Source: Promethearchaeota archaeon
GTDB lineage: Archaea; Asgardarchaeota; Lokiarchaeia; Sigyniarchaeales; SOKP01
Length of the DNA stretch: 38,385 bases
Assembly (NCBI GenBank): GCA_048940445.1
Contig: JBHLON010000031.1
Location: 1 to 38,385, forward strand
Reading direction: 5' to 3'
The notes beneath the pieces were generated by a model. It saw only the letters and a list, made by a program, of their open reading frames with translations. It was not told where the DNA came from and did not search any database. Within the stretch, counting starts at the first letter, position 1; each line of letters begins with the position of its first letter. The position numbers were made by a program, and so were the translations under genes. Below, piece after piece: positions 1 to 9,900 of the stretch.

Positions 1-174
1 TTAGGTGAATGGAAAGGAAGGGCAGGAGCCTACTCAATTAATGATAAAGCAAATGTGTTTGTAAAATCCATTAATGGCTCTTTTTCTAATGTCCTCGGTC
101 TACCATTATTCAAGATCTATAAAATATTGAAGGAGCATTTTAATTTCAATTTGCTCAAACTAGATTATCTATAA
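1..174 (+). CDS. maf: Maf-family nucleoside triphosphate pyrophosphatase, C-terminal part (truncated by window edge)
   Basis: Manual translation, frame 1: LGEWKGRAGAYSINDKANVFVKSINGSFSNVLGLPLFKIYKILKEHFNFNLLKLDYL*. Matches the Maf C-terminal motifs GE..xKAGAY..G...NVxGLP. Confidence 0.85.
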   Translation, partial: LGEWKGRAGAYSINDKANVFVKSINGSFSNVLGLPLFKIYKILKEHFNFNLLKLDYL

Positions 175-183
175 AAATATGAA

Positions 184-357
184 TTATTCTTTATTAGAGA
201 AATTATTCCAAATTCTTAAGCTCTCGTAAAATTTAAGCAGACGTTCCAATTTAATGCTCATTTGTTCATAGTATTCTTGATTTGCAAACCTATTTCTTGC
301 TAATCTTTTTGCTACTTCTAAATCATTCCGATATTTGATAATTTTCTCCTCTATCAC
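184..357 (-). CDS. small helical hypothetical protein (57 aa), not in the ORF track
   Basis: GTG-started frame MIEEKIIKYRNDLEVAKRLARNRFANQEYYEQMSIKLERLLKFYESLRIWNNFSNKE*. It fills the gap between maf and DUF1028 and is co-oriented with DUF1028. Confidence 0.55.
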   Translation of the reverse strand: MIEEKIIKYRNDLEVAKRLARNRFANQEYYEQMSIKLERLLKFYESLRIWNNFSNKE

Positions 358-449
358 AAATTTATAGCTTTAAGCTCTCTATTTTAAGAGGAGAGATATC
401 GTGATATTATCTAAGTATTATAAAAAAATCCTAATCTGAAAAGGAAATT

Positions 450-1313
450 CTACTCATTTTTTCTTAAATTTAAAATATATCTATACACAGAGCCCCACAT
501 ATATTCATCGTCTCTTTCTTTTACTTCAAAGTTGTTTGTGCCTAACCAATCTCTTAGAGCCTCTTTAGTATTTTTGTCATATATTTTATTTACGTCTCCT
601 TTATAAAAGCCATCAATTTTTAACCTTTCTTTTACAATTTTTGCCGCTTCCCCTTCTAATTTAACTATATCTTTCGGATCATCTCTTAAAAGAATAGACA
701 TATCATATACTTCAAAGACTTTACGTAATTCTTTAATAGGAGTAGGGTGCTCATCTATTCTTATATCAATATATCTGTCAGTTCCACCATCGTAAGCTCC
801 TTTCTCTTTTACTATTAGGATAGCAGCGGATTCTCGTCCTCTTTTATCACCCCCTTTTTCTTGACCAGCTTCTAAAGCAGCAAAAAATTTCTCCACTAAA
901 TCATCTTTTGTATTTTCAAAGGCTTTTGCCATTGCTTTTAGTACATCTTTAGATGCTAAAATATTTCCTTGACATGTATAATTTTTTCCAACTATATGAC
1001 CTGCCCAATCAAAACATTTTTTCCCAGTGAATGCTGAAGGGTTTCCATATGAATCTACAATTCCTATTTGTCTTTGTTCTCTTAATTCATCCTCTTTGAC
1101 TAATTCTCGAATTGTTTCTTCACTTGTGAAACCTTTTTCAAGTAAATCAAGGCCTTTTGGACCATAACTAGTATTTGCATATGCTTGTGTGGCTATAGCA
1201 CCTACATTAGCTTTGGCGAAAGGAACAATTGCCCCCACAGCCACAAACTTTGATTGAACTGCTATCCCCCACTCATGATTTTTAGGATCGAAAGCTACAA
1301 TTGAAAATGTCAT
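450..1313 (-). CDS. DUF1028 family Ntn-hydrolase-like protein with C-terminal putative peptidoglycan-binding-type domain
   Basis: N-terminal MTFSIVA...GIAVQSKFVAVGAIVP, GAIATQA, QGNIL, GGDKRGRESAA and DIRIDEHPTPIKEL motifs. The tail LKIDGFYKG...TKEALRDWLGTNNFE resembles the PG-binding-like domain of this family. Confidence 0.9.
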   Translation of the reverse strand: MTFSIVAFDPKNHEWGIAVQSKFVAVGAIVPFAKANVGAIATQAYANTSYGPKGLDLLEKGFTSEETIRELVKEDELREQRQIGIVDSYGNPSAFTGKKCFDWAGHIVGKNYTCQGNILASKDVLKAMAKAFENTKDDLVEKFFAALEAGQEKGGDKRGRESAAILIVKEKGAYDGGTDRYIDIRIDEHPTPIKELRKVFEVYDMSILLRDDPKDIVKLEGEAAKIVKERLKIDGFYKGDVNKIYDKNTKEALRDWLGTNNFEVKERDDEYMWGSVYRYILNLRKNE

Positions 1314-1490
1314 ACTATATACATTATACTGAAAAACAAATAAGATTAATCTGTATTTATCAGATATTTATAAGAATTCAAAAAATTTTAAAAGAGAAAC
1401 CTATAAAAATAATATTTCTGTAATGAAATTATTAAATTTTACATAATCTATCTTAATACAATAAAACTAAAACAAAAATTGATGGTATAA

Positions 1491-1838
1491 ATGGTAAAAC
1501 ATTATAAAAATCAAAAAATTATGAAATTCTTGGTTATCATCGGTGGTTTGGTTGGTTTAGTATTTATTATCTCTGGTTTTGCTTCTTTAGTACATGTTGG
1601 TTTTGTAGAAAATTATAGGTTTATTCCTTATTTTTTTGAACCACTTATTCTTTTAATTGTTGGATTAGTAGTAGTAGTATTAACATTATTAGTCGGGATT
1701 AAACCTAACGATCCAATTCCTTTTCACTGGCTTTTATTGTTTATCTTTGGCGTCTTACTAGTGATTTTTGGTGCGGGGATTATTGCTGGACTGTTAGTAA
1801 TTATAGCTGCGTTAATCGGATTAATTGAAGAGTTATAG
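1491..1838 (+). CDS. small integral membrane protein (about 3-4 TM helices), unknown function
   Basis: Several long hydrophobic stretches in a 115-aa ORF. Confidence 0.75.
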   Translation: MVKHYKNQKIMKFLVIIGGLVGLVFIISGFASLVHVGFVENYRFIPYFFEPLILLIVGLVVVVLTLLVGIKPNDPIPFHWLLLFIFGVLLVIFGAGIIAGLLVIIAALIGLIEEL

Positions 1839-1887
1839 AACCTAATTCTTTTTAAATAATTTTCTTTTTTTGTTTTTCATAAAAGTA

Positions 1888-2757
1888 TCAGCCTTTTACC
1901 TTATTTAAAAAAAATTTTATTATTTCTTCAGCAAGATTAACATTCGTGACTTTCTGTAAAGCAGTAAATCCCGGTATAGAATTAATTTCTAAAACCAAAT
2001 ACCCTTTTTCGCTTTCTACTATATCAACACCTGCTATCTCTGTTTTTGTAGCCTTAGCAGCTTTTATTGCTAATTCCTTCAATTCAGGCGTTAAAGCAAT
2101 CTGCTCCATTTTGGCTCCAGCATGAATATTGGTCTTCCAATTATCGCTCACTCGATACATACCCGCTATAGCTTCATCTCCTAACACAAGAATTCTAATA
2201 TCCCGATTGTAGTGCTCAATAAATTCTTGTAAATAGAAAATTTCATTCAACTGACCGAGAGCATGAATTACATTTTCAGCAAACCCTCTATCATTTATCC
2301 TTATTATACCGACCCCTCGAGAACCATAAAGAGGTTTCAATACAATATCTTCACCAAGTTCCTCGAAAGCAGTTATAGCGTCACCTGGATCTTCACAAAC
2401 TATTGTCTTTGGGGTTGGTATATCTTTTTTCTCTAAAATAAGAGATGTTAGGAACTTATCACTAGCAACTTCCAGTGTTTCTCGTGAATTAATTAACTTT
2501 ACATTATATTCTTCAATAGCCCTTAGTAAATCCAGCCTAAAAAAAATTTTTTGAGTTTGAGCTGCTCCAAAACCCCTTACAAGCGCTGCTCTTGGTTCGA
2601 GGTCTTTAAATTGATCTTCAAAATGACTTATATTAATTTTAGCAATAAATTTAGAAGGCACAAAATATCCAACACTATATCCTAACTTTTTAAATTGGGC
2701 TGAAAGAGCTTGTACTTCAGGATCTAAAGGACTAGGAGTAATAATCATTGAATGCAT
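1888..2757 (-). CDS. RimK-family ATP-grasp alpha-L-glutamate ligase (RimK/CofF/MptN-like)
   Basis: DKFLT, VLKPLYGSRGVG, YLQEFI, DIRILVLG, WKTNIHAG, AGVDI and LEINSIPGF motifs. ATG at 2757 preferred over TTG at 2775. The substrate cannot be assigned from sequence. Confidence 0.9.
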   Translation of the reverse strand: MHSMIITPSPLDPEVQALSAQFKKLGYSVGYFVPSKFIAKINISHFEDQFKDLEPRAALVRGFGAAQTQKIFFRLDLLRAIEEYNVKLINSRETLEVASDKFLTSLILEKKDIPTPKTIVCEDPGDAITAFEELGEDIVLKPLYGSRGVGIIRINDRGFAENVIHALGQLNEIFYLQEFIEHYNRDIRILVLGDEAIAGMYRVSDNWKTNIHAGAKMEQIALTPELKELAIKAAKATKTEIAGVDIVESEKGYLVLEINSIPGFTALQKVTNVNLAEEIIKFFLNKVKG

Positions 2758-2836
2758 TTTAATTCCTTTTAACAAAAATTACTTAATACAACTAGCACTA
2801 AATAAATAAATAAATTTATTTAATTTTTACATTTAT

Positions 2837-3421
2837 ATGAATACGATGGGTTTTACAGATAATGACAAGGAGACAGAGAAATTAACTAAAGTTCTCTCAT
2901 CGCTTCAAAGCATTTATGTTAAGAAACAAGAGCAATTAGAAGATTTACAATTAGAAATAAAGGAAATTCATGAAATTATAAATCGTTTGAATTCAATAAT
3001 CACAAATCAATCATTTACCAGTGCTGATGAGATATACGCTAAATTATTAAGTGAAGAATATTTTAAAGAAGCTATCCCTGAAGAAAAGGTTAAAGGTACT
3101 AATATTAAGAGAAAAATTTTTTCTGCGGATGAAAAAGATTTGCTTTGTGTACTAAATTTTTATGATTTTAAAAAGCTTGAAATCAAATTCATTGATCCAG
3201 AAATAAGAAATATAAAGGAAACATCTGAAGATTTTATTAATTCCTTTTTAAAGGGAGCTCTAATAAAGATTAAAGAAAGATATCCGAATTTAAGTGTAAA
3301 TTACAATTTTTATAAAAACACAGATAAAATAGAATATATCTATATTTCTAACCTAAATTCAATCGAAGATTATGATCTAATAACTGAAAAAATTAGAAAA
3401 CTATTAGCAAGTGAGTATTGA
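2837..3421 (+). CDS. hypothetical protein with N-terminal coiled coil
   Basis: 194-aa ORF with a heptad-rich segment (LQSIYVKKQEQLEDLQLEIKEIHEIINRLNSII). Confidence 0.75.
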   Translation: MNTMGFTDNDKETEKLTKVLSSLQSIYVKKQEQLEDLQLEIKEIHEIINRLNSIITNQSFTSADEIYAKLLSEEYFKEAIPEEKVKGTNIKRKIFSADEKDLLCVLNFYDFKKLEIKFIDPEIRNIKETSEDFINSFLKGALIKIKERYPNLSVNYNFYKNTDKIEYIYISNLNSIEDYDLITEKIRKLLASEY

Positions 3422-3422
3422 A

Positions 3423-4154
3423 ATGAAGAAAAAAAAAATTTTTGTAATATTAATATTTTATTTTATTATTTTCACATCCTCATTGTATCAAGCTCCCAGA
3501 GTAAAAGCATTTATAGATAGTCATGAAGACCCTGAAAATGATGTGTTTAGAATAGATTTAGTAAATCAAAAAATTGACAAAGTTAGTTCTCATCCTCAAC
3601 TTGATATCACGAATATTTCTCTCAATGTTACGCTTGATAGCCGACATGTGAACGTAACTTTTTTAGGAAATATAACGGGATATGATATGGAATGTAATAT
3701 TTATTTCTTTGAAAATTACAATCCAAATAACCTCACATTTGAATATAGTGTCTACTATTCCAACTTAACTGGTACAGGATTCAAGGTGATACTAGTTAAA
3801 TATATTCCTATCGGAGATCAATATGATTTTAACTTTTGGGATAACATAACTGAAAGTTGGATTTCATCTAACACCTCAGCTAGTATTATTGGTTCTTTCT
3901 CAGCTTATTCTATTGAAGCAACAATTCCTCCAGCAGCTTTCACAATAAGTGAAAATACAACTTGGTTTGCCTTATCAACCCGCTATGAGGGGAATTATAT
4001 TTACTTAGATATTGCGCCGGATTCGTTTTCTCCAGTTCAAGTAACGACTGAATCTTTTCCTTTTGAAATTTTAATATTTGTCGCAATCATAATCGTTGTA
4101 ATTTTTGGTTTTTATTTCTATAGAAAAAAAAAATTAGATAAAGCACATAATTAG
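3423..4154 (+). CDS. secreted, C-terminally membrane-anchored beta-rich surface (glyco)protein
   Basis: MKKKK plus hydrophobic signal peptide, DPENDV and DIAPD motifs, many N-x-S/T sequons, C-terminal TM helix followed by RKKK. Confidence 0.75.
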   Translation: MKKKKIFVILIFYFIIFTSSLYQAPRVKAFIDSHEDPENDVFRIDLVNQKIDKVSSHPQLDITNISLNVTLDSRHVNVTFLGNITGYDMECNIYFFENYNPNNLTFEYSVYYSNLTGTGFKVILVKYIPIGDQYDFNFWDNITESWISSNTSASIIGSFSAYSIEATIPPAAFTISENTTWFALSTRYEGNYIYLDIAPDSFSPVQVTTESFPFEILIFVAIIIVVIFGFYFYRKKKLDKAHN

Positions 4155-4300
4155 ATAGGTTTCAAATTTATGACAAAGACTTAATTCTCTCTATTTGCAA
4201 AAAATTATATTATGATAATATATTGTTTAATAAGTATAGAGTAAAATAATAATTCAGCAATTATAACAACTTTAATAAAAAGAATAGGAGTGCTGTAAGT

Positions 4301-5113
4301 TTGGCAAAAAAAAAGAAATGGCTTATAATGCCAGTAATTCATTCAAAATTCAATGATGACAAATTAGAAACAACATTGATCAACAAATCACGAGATTTAT
4401 TAACAAAAGAACAGGGTTTTGTGCCTTCATTTATATTTCTTTCCGGAAGTTTTTTTGACATTAAAGGATTTGTATATACTGGACTTCGGGCTTGGAAGGG
4501 TGCAGTTAAACCATCCGAATCGGATGAAGGAAGAAGACCATTATTAGAAGCAACTTTTGCTTCTTTATCTGTATATTTAAGCTCACTACTAGCTTTACAA
4601 TCGGATTTTTATTTTGCTTATGATGAAATTAAAGATATTTTATTAGAAAAACATCGTGAGGATCTCTGGACTATAGTATCTGAAAAATTACCCTTTATTT
4701 CATTGCCCCCAAAAGAAATGTATGGAAACCAAGTTTCTCCTATCTCCCCATATTTCGTAATAGAACAAGATGATGAATTAATTTTGGGAGAAATATACCC
4801 CTCTGCTTATTTAACTAAAGTAATCTCATCAATCAAAACAAGATTCTTTGTGTTCTTTCAATACCAAGGATATTCCGCTTTTGGATTTTTTGATTCCCTC
4901 CCTGATCGCTCTAATTTTGGATTTGAAGAAAAAGCAAGAGACTTCAATAGCGATCCTTCCTCAGAAAACCTTTTGAAATATGCCAAAAGTGCTAAAAATT
5001 TAAAAGAAGTACTAATAGCATTAATCGAAAGTCATAATAATGCTTATTTGGAACAATTTTTAATCCCAGACTATGAATTATTATTAAATAAATTATTGGA
5101 AGGTGAAGTATAA
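4301..5113 (+). CDS. hypothetical protein, translationally coupled to downstream GTPase
   Basis: 270-aa ORF with a GGAG upstream of the TTG. Its stop overlaps the next start (TAATG). Confidence 0.75.
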   Translation: MAKKKKWLIMPVIHSKFNDDKLETTLINKSRDLLTKEQGFVPSFIFLSGSFFDIKGFVYTGLRAWKGAVKPSESDEGRRPLLEATFASLSVYLSSLLALQSDFYFAYDEIKDILLEKHREDLWTIVSEKLPFISLPPKEMYGNQVSPISPYFVIEQDDELILGEIYPSAYLTKVISSIKTRFFVFFQYQGYSAFGFFDSLPDRSNFGFEEKARDFNSDPSSENLLKYAKSAKNLKEVLIALIESHNNAYLEQFLIPDYELLLNKLLEGEV

Positions 5114-5748
5114 TGGTGAATATTGGATTACTTGGCGATATAAGTGTTGGTAAAACTTCTATTTTGCGGTTATTCGTTAGATATCTTAATCGAGGGGACA
5201 TTGAAAATGTTGAAGGTGGATTGAAGGCTTCAGTTGTAAAAACTGATTTCTCAGGTGAGGCGACTGTACCCAGAGGAGATAAGGTAGATTCTCTTGATGA
5301 AAAAGAAACTAAAACCATTCATCCCAACAGAGTAGTGTTTCGAGAAGATGCCTCTGGCAAGGCTCACACGATCTTTGCCCCAGGTGGTGACCGTAGTCGC
5401 GCTGTTGTGAAGATGGGGATCATTACAATCTCCCGTATAGCCACACAGATTATAGCAGTTTTCTCTTTAGATAGAGACGTAGATAGACAATTTGAATTCT
5501 TTAATGATGTTAGATTTTTCCCTGAAAAAATTTATGTTTGTATAAACAAGGTTGACTTATTAAAAGGAGACAAGGAAAAAGAAATTGAGAAATTAAAAAA
5601 GAAGATTAATGATTTTTTCACAAAGAGGAAGATAACGGTACAAGATATCTTTGTTACATGTGGAGAGACAGTTGATAATTTTGATGATGTTGAAAAGTAT
5701 AATGATCGTGTGGCAGAAATGATTCTTAGAATCACTACTTCCCATTAA
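5113..5748 (+). CDS. small Ras-superfamily/MglA-like GTPase with non-canonical G3
   Basis: G1 GDISVGKT and G4 NKVD are present. The G3 position reads FAPGG instead of DxxG. Confidence 0.8.
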   Translation: MVNIGLLGDISVGKTSILRLFVRYLNRGDIENVEGGLKASVVKTDFSGEATVPRGDKVDSLDEKETKTIHPNRVVFREDASGKAHTIFAPGGDRSRAVVKMGIITISRIATQIIAVFSLDRDVDRQFEFFNDVRFFPEKIYVCINKVDLLKGDKEKEIEKLKKKINDFFTKRKITVQDIFVTCGETVDNFDDVEKYNDRVAEMILRITTSH

Positions 5749-5752
5749 TTAA

Positions 5753-6292
5753 CTATTGGGACTCCTTTTTTGCTTCTCTTTCCTTTAATCTAATAGATAA
5801 TTTTAGAAACAGTTTATCTAAATCTAATTGGTATCCTATTAGTGGAGTAAGAGAAATACGGTTCTTTGTTTTATCGAATATAATATATCCTTTTTTAACT
5901 AATTTCTTGATATCTTCTCGAACAGTCTTCTTTTTTCTTATTTTATGAATTTCTTGAATAGTTGAGAAACCCGAATTTTTCAAACAACATGCAAGTATAC
6001 AAAATAAGGTTGCTGCTAAACTCGGTTGATTTCCAAAAGAGTTGGAATTTATTATATCTGAAACTTCTGGCTCAAAGGTTATAAACCAATGAGAATTTAA
6101 CGGATTAAATCTAATTTGAAATCCTATTGGTTCTATAAGCTTAGATAATTCGGTAATAAGGTTTTGAAAATGTAGCGATTTATTTTTAAAGGTTATATTC
6201 AGTGCTTCTAACACTTGTTCTTCAGTAGCTCCGATATGAGTCAAATCTTCTCTCCTACTTAATAGATGCATTAATATTGAAATTTCGTTCAT
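5753..6292 (-). CDS. KITE-family tandem winged-helix SMC subunit (ScpB / Nse1-Nse3-MAGE-like)
   Basis: 179 aa. Two winged-helix-like units (ELSKLIEPIGFQIRFN..HWFI; AATLFCIL...DIKKLVKKGYI...ISLTP). Last gene of the SMC-kleisin operon. Confidence 0.65.
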   Translation of the reverse strand: MNEISILMHLLSRREDLTHIGATEEQVLEALNITFKNKSLHFQNLITELSKLIEPIGFQIRFNPLNSHWFITFEPEVSDIINSNSFGNQPSLAATLFCILACCLKNSGFSTIQEIHKIRKKKTVREDIKKLVKKGYIIFDKTKNRISLTPLIGYQLDLDKLFLKLSIRLKEREAKKESQ

Positions 6293-6304
6293 CTTAAATT
6301 CTCC

Positions 6305-6961
6305 TCATATATATAAACTATTGGTTTCTTTTTGATATTTTATCTTACCTAATTGAAGTAGATGTAGCAAATATACAAAATCTTCAAATATTTCCATTTG
6401 ATCTTTATCTATCTCGAAAATATCTTCAAATCTGCATGGCAATTTCCCCTTGATTCTTTCAAGATAAAGAAACATTTTCTCAGTAAAGTTTTGGCGAGTA
6501 ATTTCTAATAAAAATTCGGAATTTATTTTCTGACGCTTTAAGTGCTCGACTTCAATTATTTTATTTCTTTCTTTGGAAAATTTCTTATCAGACTCTACTA
6601 AAAAATTAATGGAAATCGATTCAATAGTAAATACTCTTCTACAACAAGCATCAAATAATAAAGAAATATCTTGATCACTTGGCTTTAACTCTAAAAAATT
6701 AAAGAAGAGCTTGTCATTTTCTAGAAGTTTTAGAAAGGACTTTAATTCCTCAAATTTTTGGTTTAAAAGGAAACATGCTTCTTTATATAAGGATGAATAT
6801 TTATCAATATTTTCCATATTAAGCGAATCTTTAAGATCTTGAAAAATAGGATTAAGTTCAAAACTTAACAGACTTAATTTTCCTGATAATATTTTGCTTT
6901 TTACGTTTTCGATCTTTTGGCTTATTTGATTGTAATAATCTGTAAAATTAATCATGATCAT
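6305..6961 (-). CDS. kleisin (ScpA/Nse4-like)
   Basis: N-terminal helical ACFLLNQKFEEL and C-terminal winged helix FEDIF...FVYLLHLLQLGKIKYQ. ATGA overlap with the SMC stop codon. Confidence 0.75.
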   Translation of the reverse strand: MIMINFTDYYNQISQKIENVKSKILSGKLSLLSFELNPIFQDLKDSLNMENIDKYSSLYKEACFLLNQKFEELKSFLKLLENDKLFFNFLELKPSDQDISLLFDACCRRVFTIESISINFLVESDKKFSKERNKIIEVEHLKRQKINSEFLLEITRQNFTEKMFLYLERIKGKLPCRFEDIFEIDKDQMEIFEDFVYLLHLLQLGKIKYQKETNSLYI

Positions 6962-9900
6962 TTTTCTTTTAAAATTTTTGGTTTAAAAATTGTAGAAACC
7001 TCTTTTCTACCTATCCTGGCCACACCAATTAATTTATCAGCTAATAAATATAAGTTAGTCGATGATTTGGGTAGAAACATAAGCAATTGTACTGGATTTT
7101 TTTCTAGTGTAGCTTTTATCATTTGATAGGACGCTTCTGAATTCTTATCATCTAAAAACATGCCAGCCTCATCAAACATACAAAGTGGTGAGGGTTTAAT
7201 TTCCTGCAGTGAGAGAATTAGGCAAATTGAAATCATAGAGATTTGCCCTCCACTAAGAGCCTTAAAAGACTTTAATTGCTCTTTTGTAGTTGCTGCCTTA
7301 ATTTCTATCCCTAAATCTTCAAAAGAGCCGACTAAATTAAGGGAACAAAAGGACTTTATATTAGCTGATTCGAATTTTTGGTTAATCTTTAATTCTAAAT
7401 CATTTAAAGTTGTTCTAAATTTTTCAAAATAAGTATCTTCAAGCTTAGTTTCAGTCTTAATAGCCGATTTGATATCTTTTTCTAAGCTTTTTTGATGTTT
7501 TGCAATCTCTTTCATACTAGATATTATTTGTTCCTTTTCAATTAAAATTGAATCATCCACATCTAAATATTTTAACAATTTTTTGTCTAATCTTAAAATA
7601 TCTTCTTTAATATCAGCAATAGGGCGTATTTTAATCTCTTCATTTAATACGGCACTACTTATCTCAGAATTTATTCTCTCTAAATCTTTTTCATGAGATG
7701 ATAATTCTTGTTCGAGTGTAGTCTTCTTTAAAAATTCTTGTTCTATTTTTATTTTAATATCTATATGATCCTTTTCAATATCTGATTTTTCATGTTCAAT
7801 CTCTAGCTTTTGCTTCCTTAATTTTGAGATATCAGCTTCTCTCTCATCTATATCATCCTCAATTGATTCTAAGTTCTTATATATTTCAAAGGCCTTTTTA
7901 TCTGAGCTTTGAAATCTTTCCTTCTTCGCTTCATAATCTTGTTTTAAAATTTTTAATTTTTCTTTTTGTTGTGTGAGTTTTTCATTGACTTCCTGTATTT
8001 GTTGCATATTCATATTCAATTTCGTATCCCATTTTTTTAAATCTTCATTGTAGAAATGTAACTCATCTGGTATCTCCTCAATTCTATCGTTTAATTTAAA
8101 AATTTCTGGATCCCTCTGAGACTCTGAGCTCTGAATCTGTCTTTCTGTGTCAGATATTTCATTTTGGAGTTTGTTTATATCAGTTTCAAGATTATGCACA
8201 AGATCATAGAGATGATTCTTTTTAGAGGTTAATCTTTGCTTTTGATTAAAGTTATACAATAAATCATTAAATGCTTCCTTTTTCTCGTATAGATCTTTCT
8301 GATTTTGTTCAATTGCAGAATATTTAACTTTTAAGTCAGAAATTCTTTTATTTATAGATTCGATCTCAGATTCTAATCTAGTGAGTTCTTCTTTTAGCGT
8401 ACTAACGCTAAGTAAACCCTTTAAATGTTTTTGAAAAGGGGTTTCATAGACGTAATTATAAGAGATTAACTGTTCACCTTTTAAAGTCACACATTTTCCC
8501 CTAAAATTTTGCTTCTTATAGATCTGGATAGCTGAATAGTAGTCCTCAACAACTAAACAATTTCTTACTTTAGAGTATATTACTTTTTGAATATCTATAT
8601 CATTGTTGACTACTCTTATTAACTCTGCTAGATAACCAATAACGTTATCAGCAGAAAATTCAGGTAAAGGGCGAATATCAAGCTTTTTAGATATATAAAT
8701 ATTACAGTACGCATTATATTTGTTCTTTATTTTGTTCAATAGATTTAAGGTATCCCAATCATTAACAACGAAACTAAATAATAATTTTTCTCCCAAAACA
8801 GATTCAATTGCGTAACTTAGTTTATCATCATATTGCAAAAATTCAATTATAGGGCCCTTAACTTTGTCAGATAATTCTCTTCTTTCAATTTCTTCTTTTA
8901 ATATATTAATACTAGTTGGAAATATTACTTTTCGTTCTCTTAAGGAAACTTGTAGTTTTTTAAAATTTTCTAATAGATTGGTTCTCTTAAACTGCAAATT
9001 ACTCAATTTTTTCCCTAATTCGAAAAGGTCTTTGGAATAGTTTTTTATTCTCTCATCAATGTCAAAAAGTAAATCTGAAGTAGGATTATCGAGAAACCAT
9101 TTATTTTTTTCCAATTTGTGTTCAATATCTTTGAAACTTTGGAAAATTTCATTGATTTCTGAATTGATCTCCTTTATCTTTATTTCATTCTCTTCAATCT
9201 TATTATTATAAGCTCCTTTCTTAGAAATTAAATTACGATATTCTCTTAAAAAATCTTCATTTTGTTTTAATTTCTTCCCCAGTCTATTTTGTTCTTCTAT
9301 TAACTCATCAATCTTTTCCTTCAGAGAAAGAATCTCCTTCTGAATTAGATTTATCTCATCATCTAATTTTTTACTATGACTTTCGGTGTTTTCAAAAGCT
9401 TTTTCAGAATTTATAATTTTTAGATTTAAATTATCTAATTCCTTTTTCGCTAATATTTTTTCTTTTTCCCAAATTTGAATTTTTTCAATTAGACTTTTTT
9501 TCTTATATGTTAATTGACCTAAATCTTTTGATAATACGTTAATATTTTCTTCTATCTCATTTAGCTTTGCTTTTTTTTCTAAAAGAGCAGTCTCGTATGC
9601 TTCAGATATTTTTTTAATGTCATTGATGGATATTTGCTGATCTTTTATTTTTTCTTTCAAATAAATTATGTTCTCTTCTAACTTTTGCCTATTTGCAAAT
9701 AATAATTCATCTGTAAAACTTTCCTTTTTTTCAATAAGCTTATGTTTTTCTTCTAATCGCTGGATTTTAGGTTGTAAAAGATTCAGATTAACGTTTAGGG
9801 TATTTTGCCGGCTTAATATGGATTGAAATTCTTGATTTAAATTAAGAATTCCTCTTTTTTGAAGTAAAATTTCATCTCTAAGCCCTTTCAGTCCAATCCC

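Noticed and set aside
450-700. Peptidoglycan-binding-like domain as evidence of anti-bacterial activity
   Set aside because: This domain is a routine part of DUF1028 proteins, and the protein has no signal peptide.
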